The translations under genes and the position numbers were made by a program. Shown here piece by piece: positions 13,906-26,335 of a stretch of 64,000 nucleotides of DNA. Below the pieces are notes generated by a model, which worked only from the letters and a program-made list of their open reading frames with translations, ran no database searches and was not told the DNA's origin. The DNA lies in the NCBI RefSeq assembly GCF_009914755.1, contig NC_060934.1. One strand, written 5' to 3'. The DNA comes from the human T2T-CHM13v2.0 reference genome, Homo sapiens. The first letter of the stretch is position 1. Every line of letters starts with the position of its first letter.

Positions 13906-14689
13906 TTATGGCTTAATTGATAATGCATGAATGTGTTGATCATTTGATGTTTTTGCCTCTTGGGCATCCTTGGCTCTTGCTTCCAGTAAAAGTCCCTTAT
14001 TTTCCTTTGGGGAGCAATTGGCAAAAAAACATGTCAAGTTATTCAAGTTGGTATAGTCAAGGTGACTCCTAGAACTACTGTAAAAGAGTGTTTTTTTCTT
14101 CCTCTAGGGCTAAACTGGTAAATTTATATCTGGTGTTTCTGCTGGCTTTCCAGTCTTCATTGGATGTACCTAAGACTGAGACCCATACAGAAGAAGACAT
14201 GTCAAGAAATAAGCAGAAAATATCGCTCATGACATGGTTTCTGCTTATGCCTGAAACCAAATTCACCACTTTCTGATAGATTAAAAATTACATATTTTAA
14301 ATGCTAATTTATTTTGAAATTATGTCTTTCAACCGTAAGAACCCTAAATATATAAAATAGTTTTGATGCTTAACTACTCTTCTTGGTTTGCTTTTTGATT
14401 ATTTTTCTAGGATTATTGTGCTTCGAGATTTTGGTTTGAGATACCATGTAATCATTAATACAATAATGTAATATATAATTATTCATTACAATAGGCAAAG
14501 ATATTGCTTGAAAGTGGTAGAATTGTCCCTGTATAGAAATAATATTGAATTACTCAATAAGTAAAAAAATACAGATAAATTAGCTGGTAAATATTTCCAT
14601 CAAGAGAGGACAGACTCGATTTCAGGGAAATATTTAAATGAGTATTGCTTTGTTTTTTCTTCTTCATAATTTCATGGATAGAGGATTCA

Positions 14690-15144
14690 TTCTTACATAG
14701 ATATGAGCAACCTCAGCATACAATTTTTTTCATTATTAAGATGAGAACTTTCACATTTTAACTTAAAGGAAGCACTTTCATAGCTTCTCTTTGATATATA
14801 TGAATTGCCAGAATCACTACTCCTGTGCTTTGGGACCATTGTTATGTAAAATAAGGGTACCACCACAGGTAATCTAATAACAGAGATAGCTTCTAAGTGA
14901 CTCATGGGCAGGGAGCATAGATGTCCTGGAGATGCTGGACAAAAGGATGATTCATGCCCCCCCCAACAAGCTGGGGACAGAGTAGGACACCTCAAGATTT
15001 CATCACACTACTGAAAATGGCACAAAATTTAAAACTTTGGAATTGTTGATTTCTAGAATTTTCCATTTAATGTTCTCAGAATATAGTTGACCAAAAGTAA
15101 TAGAAACCATGGAAAGCAAAACTGAGGACAAGGGAAGAATACTG
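14690..15144 (+). mobile_element. MER44/Tigger7-like DNA transposon fragment
   Basis: agatttcatcacactact...aaatttaaaact...gaaagcaaaactgaggacaaggg...actg+TA; start approximate. Confidence 0.7.
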
Positions 15145-15149
15145 TAAAA

Positions 15150-16310
15150 ATAAACATGAACTGAGAGATTTACCTCACAGCATATGTAAAATTAACTCAA
15201 AATGCATCACAGACCTAAAGGTGAAAGCTACACTATGAATACTAGGAGAAGATAATATAGGAGAAAATCTTTGTGAATTTGGTTGGCAAATTTTCTTAAA
15301 TATGACAGTAAAAGTATGATACAATAAAAAATAAACTTCCTAAAAATTAAAAGCTTTTTCTCTACCAAAAACATAAGAACATGATACATAAAATACAGAT
15401 TATGTATTTGCAAAATATTTGCAGATCATATATCTGATAAAGGACTTGTATTTATAATTTATAGAGAATACTTACCAGTCAGTACTAAGAAAACAAACAC
15501 AAATTTTTTAAATGAGTGAAAGATTTGAATAGATATTTCACCAAAGAAGATCAATAAATGGCTAATAAGCACATGGAAGTATCTCAAATTAATTTGTCAT
15601 TAAGGGAACACAAAATCACAATGAGATACTAATAAGCATCTGTATAATGGCTTTAACAAATGAACTGACAATACTATCAGAGAGGATGTAGTGGGTGGTA
15701 AAATGGTACAAGCCACTGTTATTAAAAAGCAGTTTGACAGTTTATTTAAAAAGTATATATTTACCATGTAATCTAGCACTTTTCGTAAGATATCTATATA
15801 TAACAAACAGAAAAATAAACATATATGTGTATATATATGTGTGTGTATATATATTTACATTTCCAAAAAGTGACTTATATAGAATATTCACAGTCACATT
15901 AAACTGGAAACAACTGAAATGCCCATCAACTGGTAAACAGATAAGCAGAATGTGTTTTCACAAGATGGATTCTATTAAGTAACTCAAAGAAACAGATATA
16001 TAGCATTGATTCATGCCACAGCATAGATGAGCTACATAAACATTATGCTATTTAAAAAGCCAGGTAAAATAAAAGTAAAAGATACATACTATGGGACTCC
16101 ATATTTTTTAATTCCTAGACAAGGAAAACTTTTAGAGGCAGAAACCAAAACAGGGGGTGTCTACAGCTGAAAATGGGAGTGAGCATTGACTACAAGTGGT
16201 CATGAGTAAAGTTTTGGGGTGATGGAAATTTTGGGGGTGAAAGAAATGTATAGAACTAGATTGTGGTCATTGTTGCACAACTGTCTAAATTTACTAAAAC
16301 CAGCCCAACT
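15150..16310 (+). mobile_element. Old L1M 3' region
   Basis: Degenerate ORF2/3' UTR motifs (aaaattaactcaaaatgcatcacagacctaaa; ctggaaacaactgaaatgcccatcaac); approximate. Confidence 0.7.
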
Positions 16311-16312
16311 CT

Positions 16313-16785
16313 TTCATGGAACTGATGTTTACTGGTCTTTGAATAAACACAGAAATTGACCCCCCACCCCCACCCCACCATACCCTGTCTTGAAGCTTGA
16401 AACTTACATTTGTCTCATGGGAGTTTCTTCCTCAGGACACTAACCCTCAACCCTCCTAGAAACCAAGGAACTGAAACTCACCAGATAACTGTATCCAGAA
16501 AATGAGATGCCAGACCTCTCATCCATGGATTATGATTCCAGTTTACCAATTCCTCTTCCTTACCCTACCCTAATATTTGTTTTTGCACAAGTATTTTTTC
16601 CCTGCTATATAAACCCCTAATTTTAATCATTTGGGGAGATGGATTTGAGACTTTATCTCCCATTCTCCTCAGCTGCAGCACCTGATTAAAGTTTTCTTCT
16701 CTGGCAATATTTGTTGTCTCACTGATTGGCATTTTGTGAAGCAAGCAGCAGGACCTAGATGAAACCCTTGATGTTTTGGTAATAT
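16313..16785 (+). mobile_element. ERV1-class solo LTR (MER39/MER34-like) inserted in an old L1 3' end
   Basis: gagatggatttgagac...gattaaag...cagcaggacctaga...ggtaata terminus typical of this family; boundaries approximate. Confidence 0.6.
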
Positions 16786-17998
16786 ACATACATGAGGACA
16801 TGTAAATTATACCTTAATAAAGTTATCGAAAATAACAAAGATAATTCCACCCACACATCTGACCTTTTTAATGATATTTATCCATTTTTTTCTGCTACAT
16901 TATAGAATGCCCTTCAGGCTACTTGTTCATGTATTGTTTCATCATTTGAGTAACTTTCTTCCTTCTTCCTGCCTTCTTATGCACCTCACAAAGTTTAGAT
17001 CTTGATTATTTGTTTCTTTCTTTCTCTTTTAAACCACTGTATGTTCCTCTGCCTTCAGAGACTTTACTATCAACTCCATGAACTCCATGCTACCTTTGTA
17101 AAACTACTTCTTCCTCCTATGAATGGACAGGTATGAAAGCTCTGGCAAGCAAAGAAAAGCCAGACCCATGGAAGAAAAGCAGAATGTAATCAGCTAATCC
17201 AACTATGAAAGGCTGTCTGTGTTGAGAAAAGTAATCAGTAGAAGAGAAGGTGAAATTGTGGAATATAGAATGGAGAGCACACAAACAAAGATTTCAAGAT
17301 AAGATACCTTCATATTTTCCTCTGAGAGAACATTTTATAGCAAGAGTATAATCTTCTTAGCAGCTCCCTTCAGATGTGGTAATGATTAATGGTCAATGCT
17401 GGAGAATTGCACAGATTTGGCAGAAATCAAGGTACAAGATATACTTGAGAACTCTACTGGGATCATTTGGGGTTAATGTCTCCTTATGACATGCCAGAAT
17501 ATGAGATAGGATTGTATCACTTGGGCCTTTTTCGTTGGTTATATTTATCCTAATTTTACATTTGAAGCCTTGAGTTAAATTCTAACTTTGACCTTATCTG
17601 ATATGCAGTGGCTGGCAGCCATAGCTTATACATGTATAGATATGTATAAAAATGACATCACTTAAGGCATTCTTCGGTGGTTTCCTAGTATGACAGAGTC
17701 GATTTTTCTTTTTTGCCTCACCAGATGTGTTTAAGTGTGGGATGAAATATAAACAAACGTTTATGGAATCAGTATTGTAAACAAGAAGGTGAACAGTAAA
17801 GTTATATGGTGACCCCATATCCTGATGATTTGTTCCTAGAAATTCTCAAGGGCAATTATAAGGATCCTTTTGCACACTCAGGTTGAACTTCACCTAGAAG
17901 TAGAATATGCCTAATCTACAAGCTTCTGGGAGAAACAATACTTCTGTATGCACACAATATACTTGAATCGTATTCATATCATATATACTTAGAGGAAA

Positions 17999-18384
17999 TG
18001 TATCAGTCTATTTTCACACTGCTATAAGGAACTAACTCAGACTGGGTAATTTATGAAGAAACGAGTTTTAATTGACTCACAGTTCCACAGGCTTAACAGG
18101 AAGCATGACTGGGAGGCCTCAGGAAACTTACAATCATTACAGAAGGCAAAGGAGAAGGAAGCACCTTGTTCACATGGCAGCAGGAGAGAGAGAGAGAGCG
18201 AGAGGAGAAGTGCCATATACTTTTAAACCATCAGCTCTCATGAGAAGTCACTCACTATCATGAGAATAGCATGGGAGAAATTTGCCTCCATAATCCAATT
18301 ACCTTCCACTAGGCCCCTACTCCAATACTAAGGTTCACAACTCAAGGTGAGATTTGGGTGGGGACACAGAGCCAAACCAAACCG
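17999..18384 (-). mobile_element. Solo MaLR LTR (MSTA-like)
   Basis: tgtatcagtc...gggtaatttat...gactcacagttccacaggct...gagatttgggtggggacacagagccaaacc matches MST LTR layout. Confidence 0.8.
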
Positions 18385-21300
18385 AGGAACAATCCTTGAG
18401 TCACCTTAATCAACACTGGACATAAAGAACTAAGAGGGATTTGAAGTTCAATAAATTAGTTTACTGAATCAAGTAGAGATGGCTTTTAGGCAAACATATT
18501 AACCTAAATAAGCAGAGTAGGGAACATTCTTTTTCAATAACTTGGCATTACTCAGGAATGATTACAGAGTAATCAATGATTACTGAAATAACAATTATAA
18601 TAAATTCTGATGTATTTAAATGGTTCTAGTTGGCTATACTAGAAGATCAAGTCAGGAGGGACATATCTCTGGGAACTACGGACAATCTAAACTATACCAA
18701 GATGTCATTTGTAAGTATGGGCATTATCAATCTTCTATTACAGTCATATTTCTATGAACTAGGAAACAAACATCTTCTTCATGGTACCTTTGGCGAAGTT
18801 TGGACAGACTAAGAATCAATGCATTGCTTTATTAAAGAAAAGTGACTGGTGTGCTGCATTCATATGCAGAAGCTTTCGCTAGTGAAAGTTTATTCCTAGG
18901 GGATGGTTTATAGTTATGCTATCAGACCAGATGCAGAATTGTCGGAGAAAGAGTATCTAATGACTACTCTGGTAATGTAAAATGTATGATATGTAGGAAA
19001 AGTCTATTTTTTGCTAGGAAAGTTGAGAAAATAATTTGGAAATATTAAAGTGTATTGTGTTAAATATTTCATCTCTCTGCCTCAGCTCTATCGTGTGATA
19101 AGGGATTTTTAAATTCATTTATGTAGTTAGATAAAAATAAAATCTGAGTGCATACTGATCTCTAGGACAGAAAGATTATTTGGATGGGCAACATAAAACT
19201 TACAACTAGGTAATCCTTATGTAGAAGGATTTGCCAGAGAAAGAATTGAATTTACGTGTGTAAACTAATATACCCAGTTGAATGTATCAACACTTATAAA
19301 AAGGCAGAAGTAATAGAGGATAAGGGGGAAAAATTGTCTTTCAAATGTTAAAGAAATATCAGAACAGTTAAGTGAATCTATCTATGGTTGTTAATTTGCT
19401 TTGTAGAGGGAATTCCAACTTCTTAGTGTATGAAATATGCTCTGGTGATAGCCAGTGTTTTAACATCTATTTTTAATGCACTAGATATTATAGAAGTTAG
19501 TGTAACAAAAATTTTAAGAAGATTCCTCAGAAATGTGTAGCAAGTGGGTAACACATAATGAGTGCAGATGACTTAGAAGTCATAAGATATTATATCTAAA
19601 GTTACAAGACTTCTACTATGCTATTGCCATAGAAGCTATATTGTTGCCTGCCTGGTATCCTTAATTAAAGCTAAATCAACTTGGAGCTGTGTAAGGTCTA
19701 CTGGGTCTCTCCAGGTTGGCATTCAGTCTGAACCTAAGGCTGCTGCTCATTAAACTATCACTGGAAATTCACTATTCAGTGTGATTTCTGATGGAAAAAT
19801 GATATAATGGGTTTGCTTTTATGTTTGTTGATTTCTTCATGTGTCAATAACATTCAGGAAGTTCTTCAATAACTCCTGCTGGCCAAGCAAATTGGGGATT
19901 GCAAATGTATTTATTTTCAGATTTATTCTCTGTGGCCTTAATGTGAACAAGTGATGCTTTAAAGCCAAAAAGCATAACAGGCTCCCAGTTTTCCCCCTTC
20001 TCTTACGCATATCCTAGAATAATCCAAGATGATGGGCACCTCAGTAGGGTAGGTGGCTGGCAAATTTATCACTTTGGTTGTATAATTTGGAAAAAGATAT
20101 TGATAACATTAATAATAACATGATCATTAAATACTTATATGAATAATTGTCACCGAAGATGAATCTCCCATCTATGCATTTTTCTTCCCAAAAAAAGGCA
20201 AGAAATAAAACAACAAGAAGATGACTTTAAAGCATTTCTTTTCACAGCCTGACTATTTAAAGGGCTTGTTTCTTTTCTGCAGCAACTTCATGATCCTTTT
20301 GTAAAGGTTCATTGGTTCTAATTACTCAAACTCTGAGACTGGAAACTGGAACCTTAAGTGCTCTAATGCTATCAAATTCTCTCATGCCCAACTTACACTC
20401 TCAAAAAAAGATTTCCTCAAAGTTGGCTTCCATTAATTTCCATCTCATTAGCTTTAACCCATCGATTTAAGGACCCAGTCTTTCATACTTCTTCAAGAAA
20501 TCTCACGTTGTATACAATGCCAAATCTAAACTACTCTACATGCAAGGTAGCCATCTTAAATTAATTTATAAATAATTGGATCCATTTATTCAGACCTTAA
20601 TTTGTACCAAATGTCTGACTCCGAAAAATGAAGAGTGGAAAAGAAACAGAAACAATAACTTCTGTCAAACAGAAGGTGCTCTAGGAAAGGAGATGAGAGA
20701 GAAACCTATCTTTAAATGAAATGCTGTTACAGAAACATAAAAATACTTTACAAAAGTACAGAAAAGCCTGTCATGACAAAGGGGCTGGGAGAATAAACCA
20801 ACATATATTTGACTTAGTAAAAGAAAAGCAAATCTTTGAGCATTCAGTTCCTCTTCTCTCCAATGCCAGTTAAATTTGTATCTTTAATGCCTCATGAAAT
20901 TACTATGCCTTTGGCCGTATCATTTCATCTTCAACATCATATTATCTTCACTTGCCTATCTGAGTACTCTAACAGATCATCATCCCCACTCACTTTTGAT
21001 GAATTCTCGTTAGTGCTCTTAGTCTTTCTCATCAAATTTAACAACTCAATAATTGTGATGTTTTCTGATTATTTCACTGTGAAGAAGGATTATTTCTTGC
21101 AAAATATAGTCAACTCCTTGAGGATTAGGGCTGTGCCTTACTCGTTCTACGTATTTTTCAGAGCACTTAGTTTAGTACGAATCACCTAAAAATCTGTGTA
21201 GATTAAATTATAATCTAGCCAAGAAAGTAATACAACATGTAGCATACATATATTAGGACTTGCACAATAGTGCTTTTGTTTGTTTGTTTGTTTCCTTTGC

Positions 21301-21452
21301 CAAACTGGATGAGCAAGTTTACTAGGGTTTTAAGAAATCCCTACTGCTCTATTTAAATGTTTGTTTTTTCCCCTAAGATCTCCTGTATTTGAAATATCTC
21401 AATACCCAACTATTTTTATTTTACTCAGATGACTATGCTTGGACATTATAAC

Positions 21453-21904
21453 TGTCAGGCCTCTGAGCCCAAGCCAAGCCATCGCATCCCCTGTGACTTG
21501 CACTTATACGCCCAGATGGCCTGAAGTAACTGAAGAATCAAAAAGAAGTGAATATGCCCTGCCCCACCTTAACTGATGACATTCCACCACAAAAGAAGTG
21601 TAAATGGCCAGTCCTTGCCTTAAGTGATGACATTACCTTGTGAAAGTCCTTTTCCTCGCTCATCCTGGCTCAAAAAGCACCTCCACTGAGCACCTTGCGA
21701 ACCCCACTCCTGCCCGCCAGAGAACAAACCCCCTTTGACTGTAATTTTCCTTTACCTATCCAAATCCTATAAAACGGCCTCACCCTTATCTCCCTTCGCT
21801 GACTCTCTTTTCGGACTCAGCCCGCCTGCACCTGGGTGAAATAAACAGCCATGTTGCTCACACAAAGCCTGTTTGATGGTCTCTTCACATGGACGCGCAT
21901 GAAA
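21453..21904 (+). promoter_or_regulatory. 5' LTR7 (LTR7up-like) promoter/enhancer
   Basis: TGTCAGGCCTCTGAG...GCGCATGAAA. ACAAAAGA SOX2/3-type motif at 21589-21596, KLF-like GCCCCACC, TATAAAA at 21768-21774, AATAAA at 21840-21845. Confidence 0.9.
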
Positions 21905-21906
21905 TT

Positions 21907-21924
21907 TGGTGCCGTGACTCGGAT
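21907..21924 (+). other. Retroviral primer-binding site for tRNA-His
   Basis: TGGTGCCGTGACTCGGAT, an 18-nt complement of the tRNA-His(GUG) 3' end, 2 nt after the 5' LTR. Confidence 0.95.
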
Positions 21925-22496
21925 CGGGGGACCTCCCTTGGGAGATCAATCCCCTGTCCTCCTGTTCTTTGCTCCCTGAGAAAGATCCACCTATGACCTC
22001 AGGTCCTCAGACCGACCAGCCCAAGGAACATCTCACCAATTTCAAATCAGGTAAGCGGCCTCTTCTTACTCTCTTCTCCAACCTCTCTCACTGTCCCTCA
22101 ACCACTTTCTCCTTTCCACTCTTCAATCTCTCCCTTCTCTTAATTTCAATTCCTTTCATTTTCTGGGAGAGACAAAGGAGACACATTTTATCCGTGGACC
22201 CAAAACTCCGGCGCCGGTCACGGACAGGGAAGGCAGCCTTCCCTTGGTGTTTAATCATTGCAGGGACGCCTGATTATACACCCACGTTTCAAGGGTGTCA
22301 GACCACACAGGGACGCCTGCCTTGGTCCTTCACCCTTAGCGGCAAGTCCTGCTTTTCTGGGGAAGGGGCAAGTACCTCAACCCCTTCTCTCCTTGTCTCT
22401 AACCCTTCTCTGCTTTTCTGGGAGAGGGGCAAGTACCCCTCAACCCCTCCTCTTTCACCCTTAGCAGCAAGTCCCGCTTTTCTACAGGGCAAGAAC

Positions 22497-22786
22497 CCCC
22501 AATCTCTTATTTCCGCACCCCAACCTCTTATCTCTGCGCCCCAATCCCTTATTTCCGCACCCCAACCTCTTATCTCTGTGTCCCAATCCCTTATTTCCAC
22601 ACCCCGAACTCTTATCTCTGCGCCCCAATCCCTTATTTCCACACCCCAACCTCGTATCTCTGTGCCCCAATCCCTTATTTCCATGCCCCAACCCCTTATT
22701 TCCATGCCCCGACCCCTTATTTCTGCGCCCCATCCCTTATTTCTGTGCCCCGACCTCTTATCTCTGTGCCCCAACCCCTTTTCCCA
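22497..22786 (+). repeat. 21-bp minisatellite in the HERV-H leader (13 full units plus a partial; first 8 units form four 42-bp A/B dimers)
   Basis: Alternating units ccccaatcccttatttccRca and ccccaacctcttatctctgYg read directly; unit 12 is 20 bp. Confidence 0.92.
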
Positions 22787-23033
22787 CTTTTCTGGAAGGT
22801 AAGAACCCCCGAACCCCTTCCCTCTGTTTCCCTACTCTCTCTTTTCTCTAGGCTTGCTTCCTTGACTATAGGCAACCTTCCACCCTCCATTCCTCCTTCT
22901 ACTCCCTTGGCCTGTGTTCTCAAAAACTTAAAACCTCTTCAACTCACACCTGACCTAAAACCTAAATGCCTTATTTTCTTCTGCAATGCCGCTTGACCCC
23001 AATACAAACTCGACAGTAGTTCCAAATAGCCAG

Positions 23034-24090
23034 AAAATGGCACTTTGAATTTTTCCATCCTGCAAGATCTAAATAATTCTTGTCGTAAAATAGGCAAACG
23101 GTCTGAGGTGCCTGACGTCCAGGCATTCTTTTACACATCAGTCCCTTCCTAGTCTCTGTGCCCAATGCAACTCGTCCCAAATCTTCCTTCTTTCCCTCCC
23201 GCCTGTCCCCTCAGTACCAACCCCAAGCATCGCTGAGTCCTTCTAATCTTCCTTTTCTACAGATCCATCTGACCTCTCCCTTCCTCCCCAGGCTGCTCCT
23301 CGCCAGGCCGAGCTAGGTCCCAATTCTTCCTCAGCCTCTGCTCCTCCACCCTATAATCTTTTTATCGCCTCCCCTCCTCACACCTGGTCGGGCTTACAGT
23401 TTCGTTCCGTGACTAGCCCTCCCCCACCTGCCCAGCAATTTAATCTTAAAAAGGTGGCTGGAGCCAAAGGCATAGTCAAGGTTAATGCTCCTTTTTCTTT
23501 ATCCCAAATCAGATAGCGTTTAGGCTCTTTTTCATCAAATATAAAAATCCAGCCCAGTTCATGACGTGTTTGGCAGCAACCCTGAGACACTTTACAGCCC
23601 TAGACCCTAAAAGGTCAAAAGGCCGTCTTATTCTCAAAATACATTTTATTACCCAATCTGCTCCTGACATTAAATAAAACTCCAAAAATTAAATTCCGGC
23701 CCTCAAACCCCACAACAGGATTTAATTAACCTCGCCTTCAAGGTGTACAATAATAGAAAAATATTGCAATTCCTTGCCTCCACTGTGAGACAAACCCCAG
23801 GCACATCTCCAGCACACAAGAACTTCCAAATGCCTGAACCGCAGCGGCCAGGCGTTCCTCCAGAACCTCCTCCCACAGGAGCTTGCTACACATGCAGGAA
23901 ATCTGGCCACTGGGCCAAGGAATGCCTGCAGCCCGGGATTCCTCCTAAGCCGCGTCCCATCTGTGTGGGACCCCACTGAAAATCGGACTGTTCAACTCAC
24001 CTGGCAGCCACTCCCAGAGCCCCTGGAACTCTGGCCCAAGGCTGACTGACTCCTTCCCAGATCTTCTCGGCTTAGCGGCTGAAGACTGAC
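23034..24090 (+). pseudogene. HERV-H gag relic with PPPY late motif and nucleocapsid zinc knuckles
   Basis: PPPY at 23343-23354. Intact CYTCRKSGHWAKEC knuckle at 23884-23925. Second knuckle broken (RPICVGPH*KSDC, stop 23977-23979). Several stops; boundaries approximate. Confidence 0.85.
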
Positions 24091-24155
24091 ACCGCTTGAT
24101 CGCCTCGGAGGCCCCCTAGACCATCACAGACGCCGAGCTTCCGGTAACTCTCACA

Positions 24156-26335
24156 GTGGAAGGTAAGCCCGTCCCCTTCTTAATCAATACGGAGGCTACC
24201 CACTCCACATTACGTTCTTTTCAAGGGCCTGTTTCCCTTGCCTCCATAACTGTTGTGGGTATTGACGGCCAGGCTTCTAAACCTCTGAAAACTCCCCAAC
24301 TCTGGTGCCAACTTAGACAATACTCTTTTAAGCACTCCTTTTTAGTTATCCCCACCTGCCCAGTTCCCTTATTAGGCTGCGACACTTTAACTAAATTATC
24401 TGCTTCCCTGACTATTCCTGGACTACAGCTATATCTCATTGCCGCCCTTCTTCCCAATCCAAAGCCTCCTTTGCGTACTCCTCTTGTATCCCCCCACCTT
24501 AACCTACAAGTATAAGATACCTCTACTCCCTCCTTGGCGACCAATCATGCACCCCTTACCATCTCATTAAAACCTAATCACCTTTACCCCACTCAACGCC
24601 GACATCCCATCCCGCAGCACGCTTTAAAAAGATTAAAGCCTGTTATCACTTGCCTGCTACAGCATGGCCTTTTAAAGCCTATAAACTCTCCTTACAATTC
24701 CCCCATTTCACCTGTCCTAAAACCAGATAAGCCTTACAAGTTAGTTCAGGATCTGCGCCTTATCAACCAAATTGTTTTGCCTATCCACCCCGTAGTGCCA
24801 AACCCATATACTCTCCTATCCTCAGTACCTGCCTCTATAACCCATTATTCTGTTCTAGATCTCAAACATGCTTTCTTTACTATTCCTTTGCACCCTTCAT
24901 CCCAGCCTCTCTTCGCTTTCACTTGGACTGACCCTGACACCCATCAAGCTCAGGAAATTACCTAGGCTGTACTGCTGCAAAGCTTCACAGACAGCCCCCA
25001 TTACTTCAATCAAGCCCAAATTTCTTCCTCATCTGTTACCTATCTCAGCATAATTCTCATAAAAACACACGTGCTCTCCCTGCCAATCGTGTCTGACTGA
25101 TCTCTCAAACCACAGCAACTTCTACAAAACAACTCCTTTCTTTCCTAGGCATGGTTAGTGTGGTCAGAATTCTTACACAAGAGCCAGGACCACACCCTGT
25201 AGCCTTTCTGCCCAAACAACTTGACCTTACTGTTTTAGTCTAGCCCTCATGTCTGCGTGCAGTGGCTGCCACTGCATTAATACTTTTAGAGGCCCTCAAA
25301 ATCACAAACTATGCTCAACTCACTCTCTACAGTTCTCATAACTTCCAAAACCTATTTTCTTCCTCATACCTGATGCATATACTTTCTGCTTCCCGGCTCC
25401 TTCAGCTATACTCACTCTTTGTTGAGTCTCCCACAATTACCGTTGTTCTTGACCCAGACTTCAATCCGGCCTCCCACATTATTCCTGATACCACACCTGA
25501 CCCCCATGACTGTATCCCTCTGATCCACCTGACATTCACCCCATTTCCCCAAATTTCCTTCTTTCCTGTTCCTCACCCTGATCACGCTTGATTTATTGAT
25601 GGCGGTTCCACCAGGCCTAATCCCCACACACCAGCAAAGGCAGGTTATGCTATAGTACAAGCCACTAGCCCGCCTCTTAGAACCTCTCATTTCCTTTCCA
25701 TCGTGGAAATCTATCCTCAAGGAAATAACTTCTCAGTGTTCCATCTGCTATTCTACTACTCCTCAGGGATTATTCAGGCCCCCTCCCTTCCCTACACATC
25801 AAGTTCGAGGATTTGCCCCACCCAGGACTGGCAAATTAGCTTTACTCAACATGCCCTGAGTCAGATAACTAAAACACCTCTTAGTCTAGGTAGATACTTT
25901 CACTGGATAGGTAGAGGCCTTTCCTACAGGGTCTGAGAAGGCCACCGCAGGCATTTCTTCCCTTCTGTCAGACATAATTCCTCAGTTTAGCCTTCCCACC
26001 TCAATACAGTCTGATAACAGACGAGCCTTTATTAGTCAAATCAGCCAAGCAGTTTTTCAGACTCTTAATATTCAGTGAAACCTTTATATCCCTTACGGTC
26101 CTCCGTCTTCAAGAAAAGTAGAATGGACTAAAGGTCTTTTAAAAATACACCTCACCAAGCTCAGCCACCAACTTAAAAAGGACTGGACAATACTTTTACC
26201 ACTTTCCCTTCTCAGAATTCAGGCCTGTCCTCAGAATGCTACAGGGGTACAGCCCATTTGAGCGGTATAGATGCTCCTTTTTATTAAGCCCCAGTCTCAT
26301 TCCAGACACCAGAGCAACTTAAGACTGTGCCCCCC
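24156..26335 (+). pseudogene. HERV-H pro-pol relic (protease, RT, RNase H and integrase fragments), defective
   Basis: Protease FLINTEATHS (catalytic DTG replaced by NTE). RT motifs SPYNSPI, LVQDLR and LDLKHAFF, stop at 24963-24965, no YxDD found. RNase H FIDG near 25590, integrase DWQI near 25826. End approximate. Confidence 0.88.

Noticed and set aside
22497-22786. Regular short-repeat array as a CRISPR array
   Set aside because: Units are contiguous with no unique spacers, there are no cas genes, and it lies in a HERV-H leader in human DNA.
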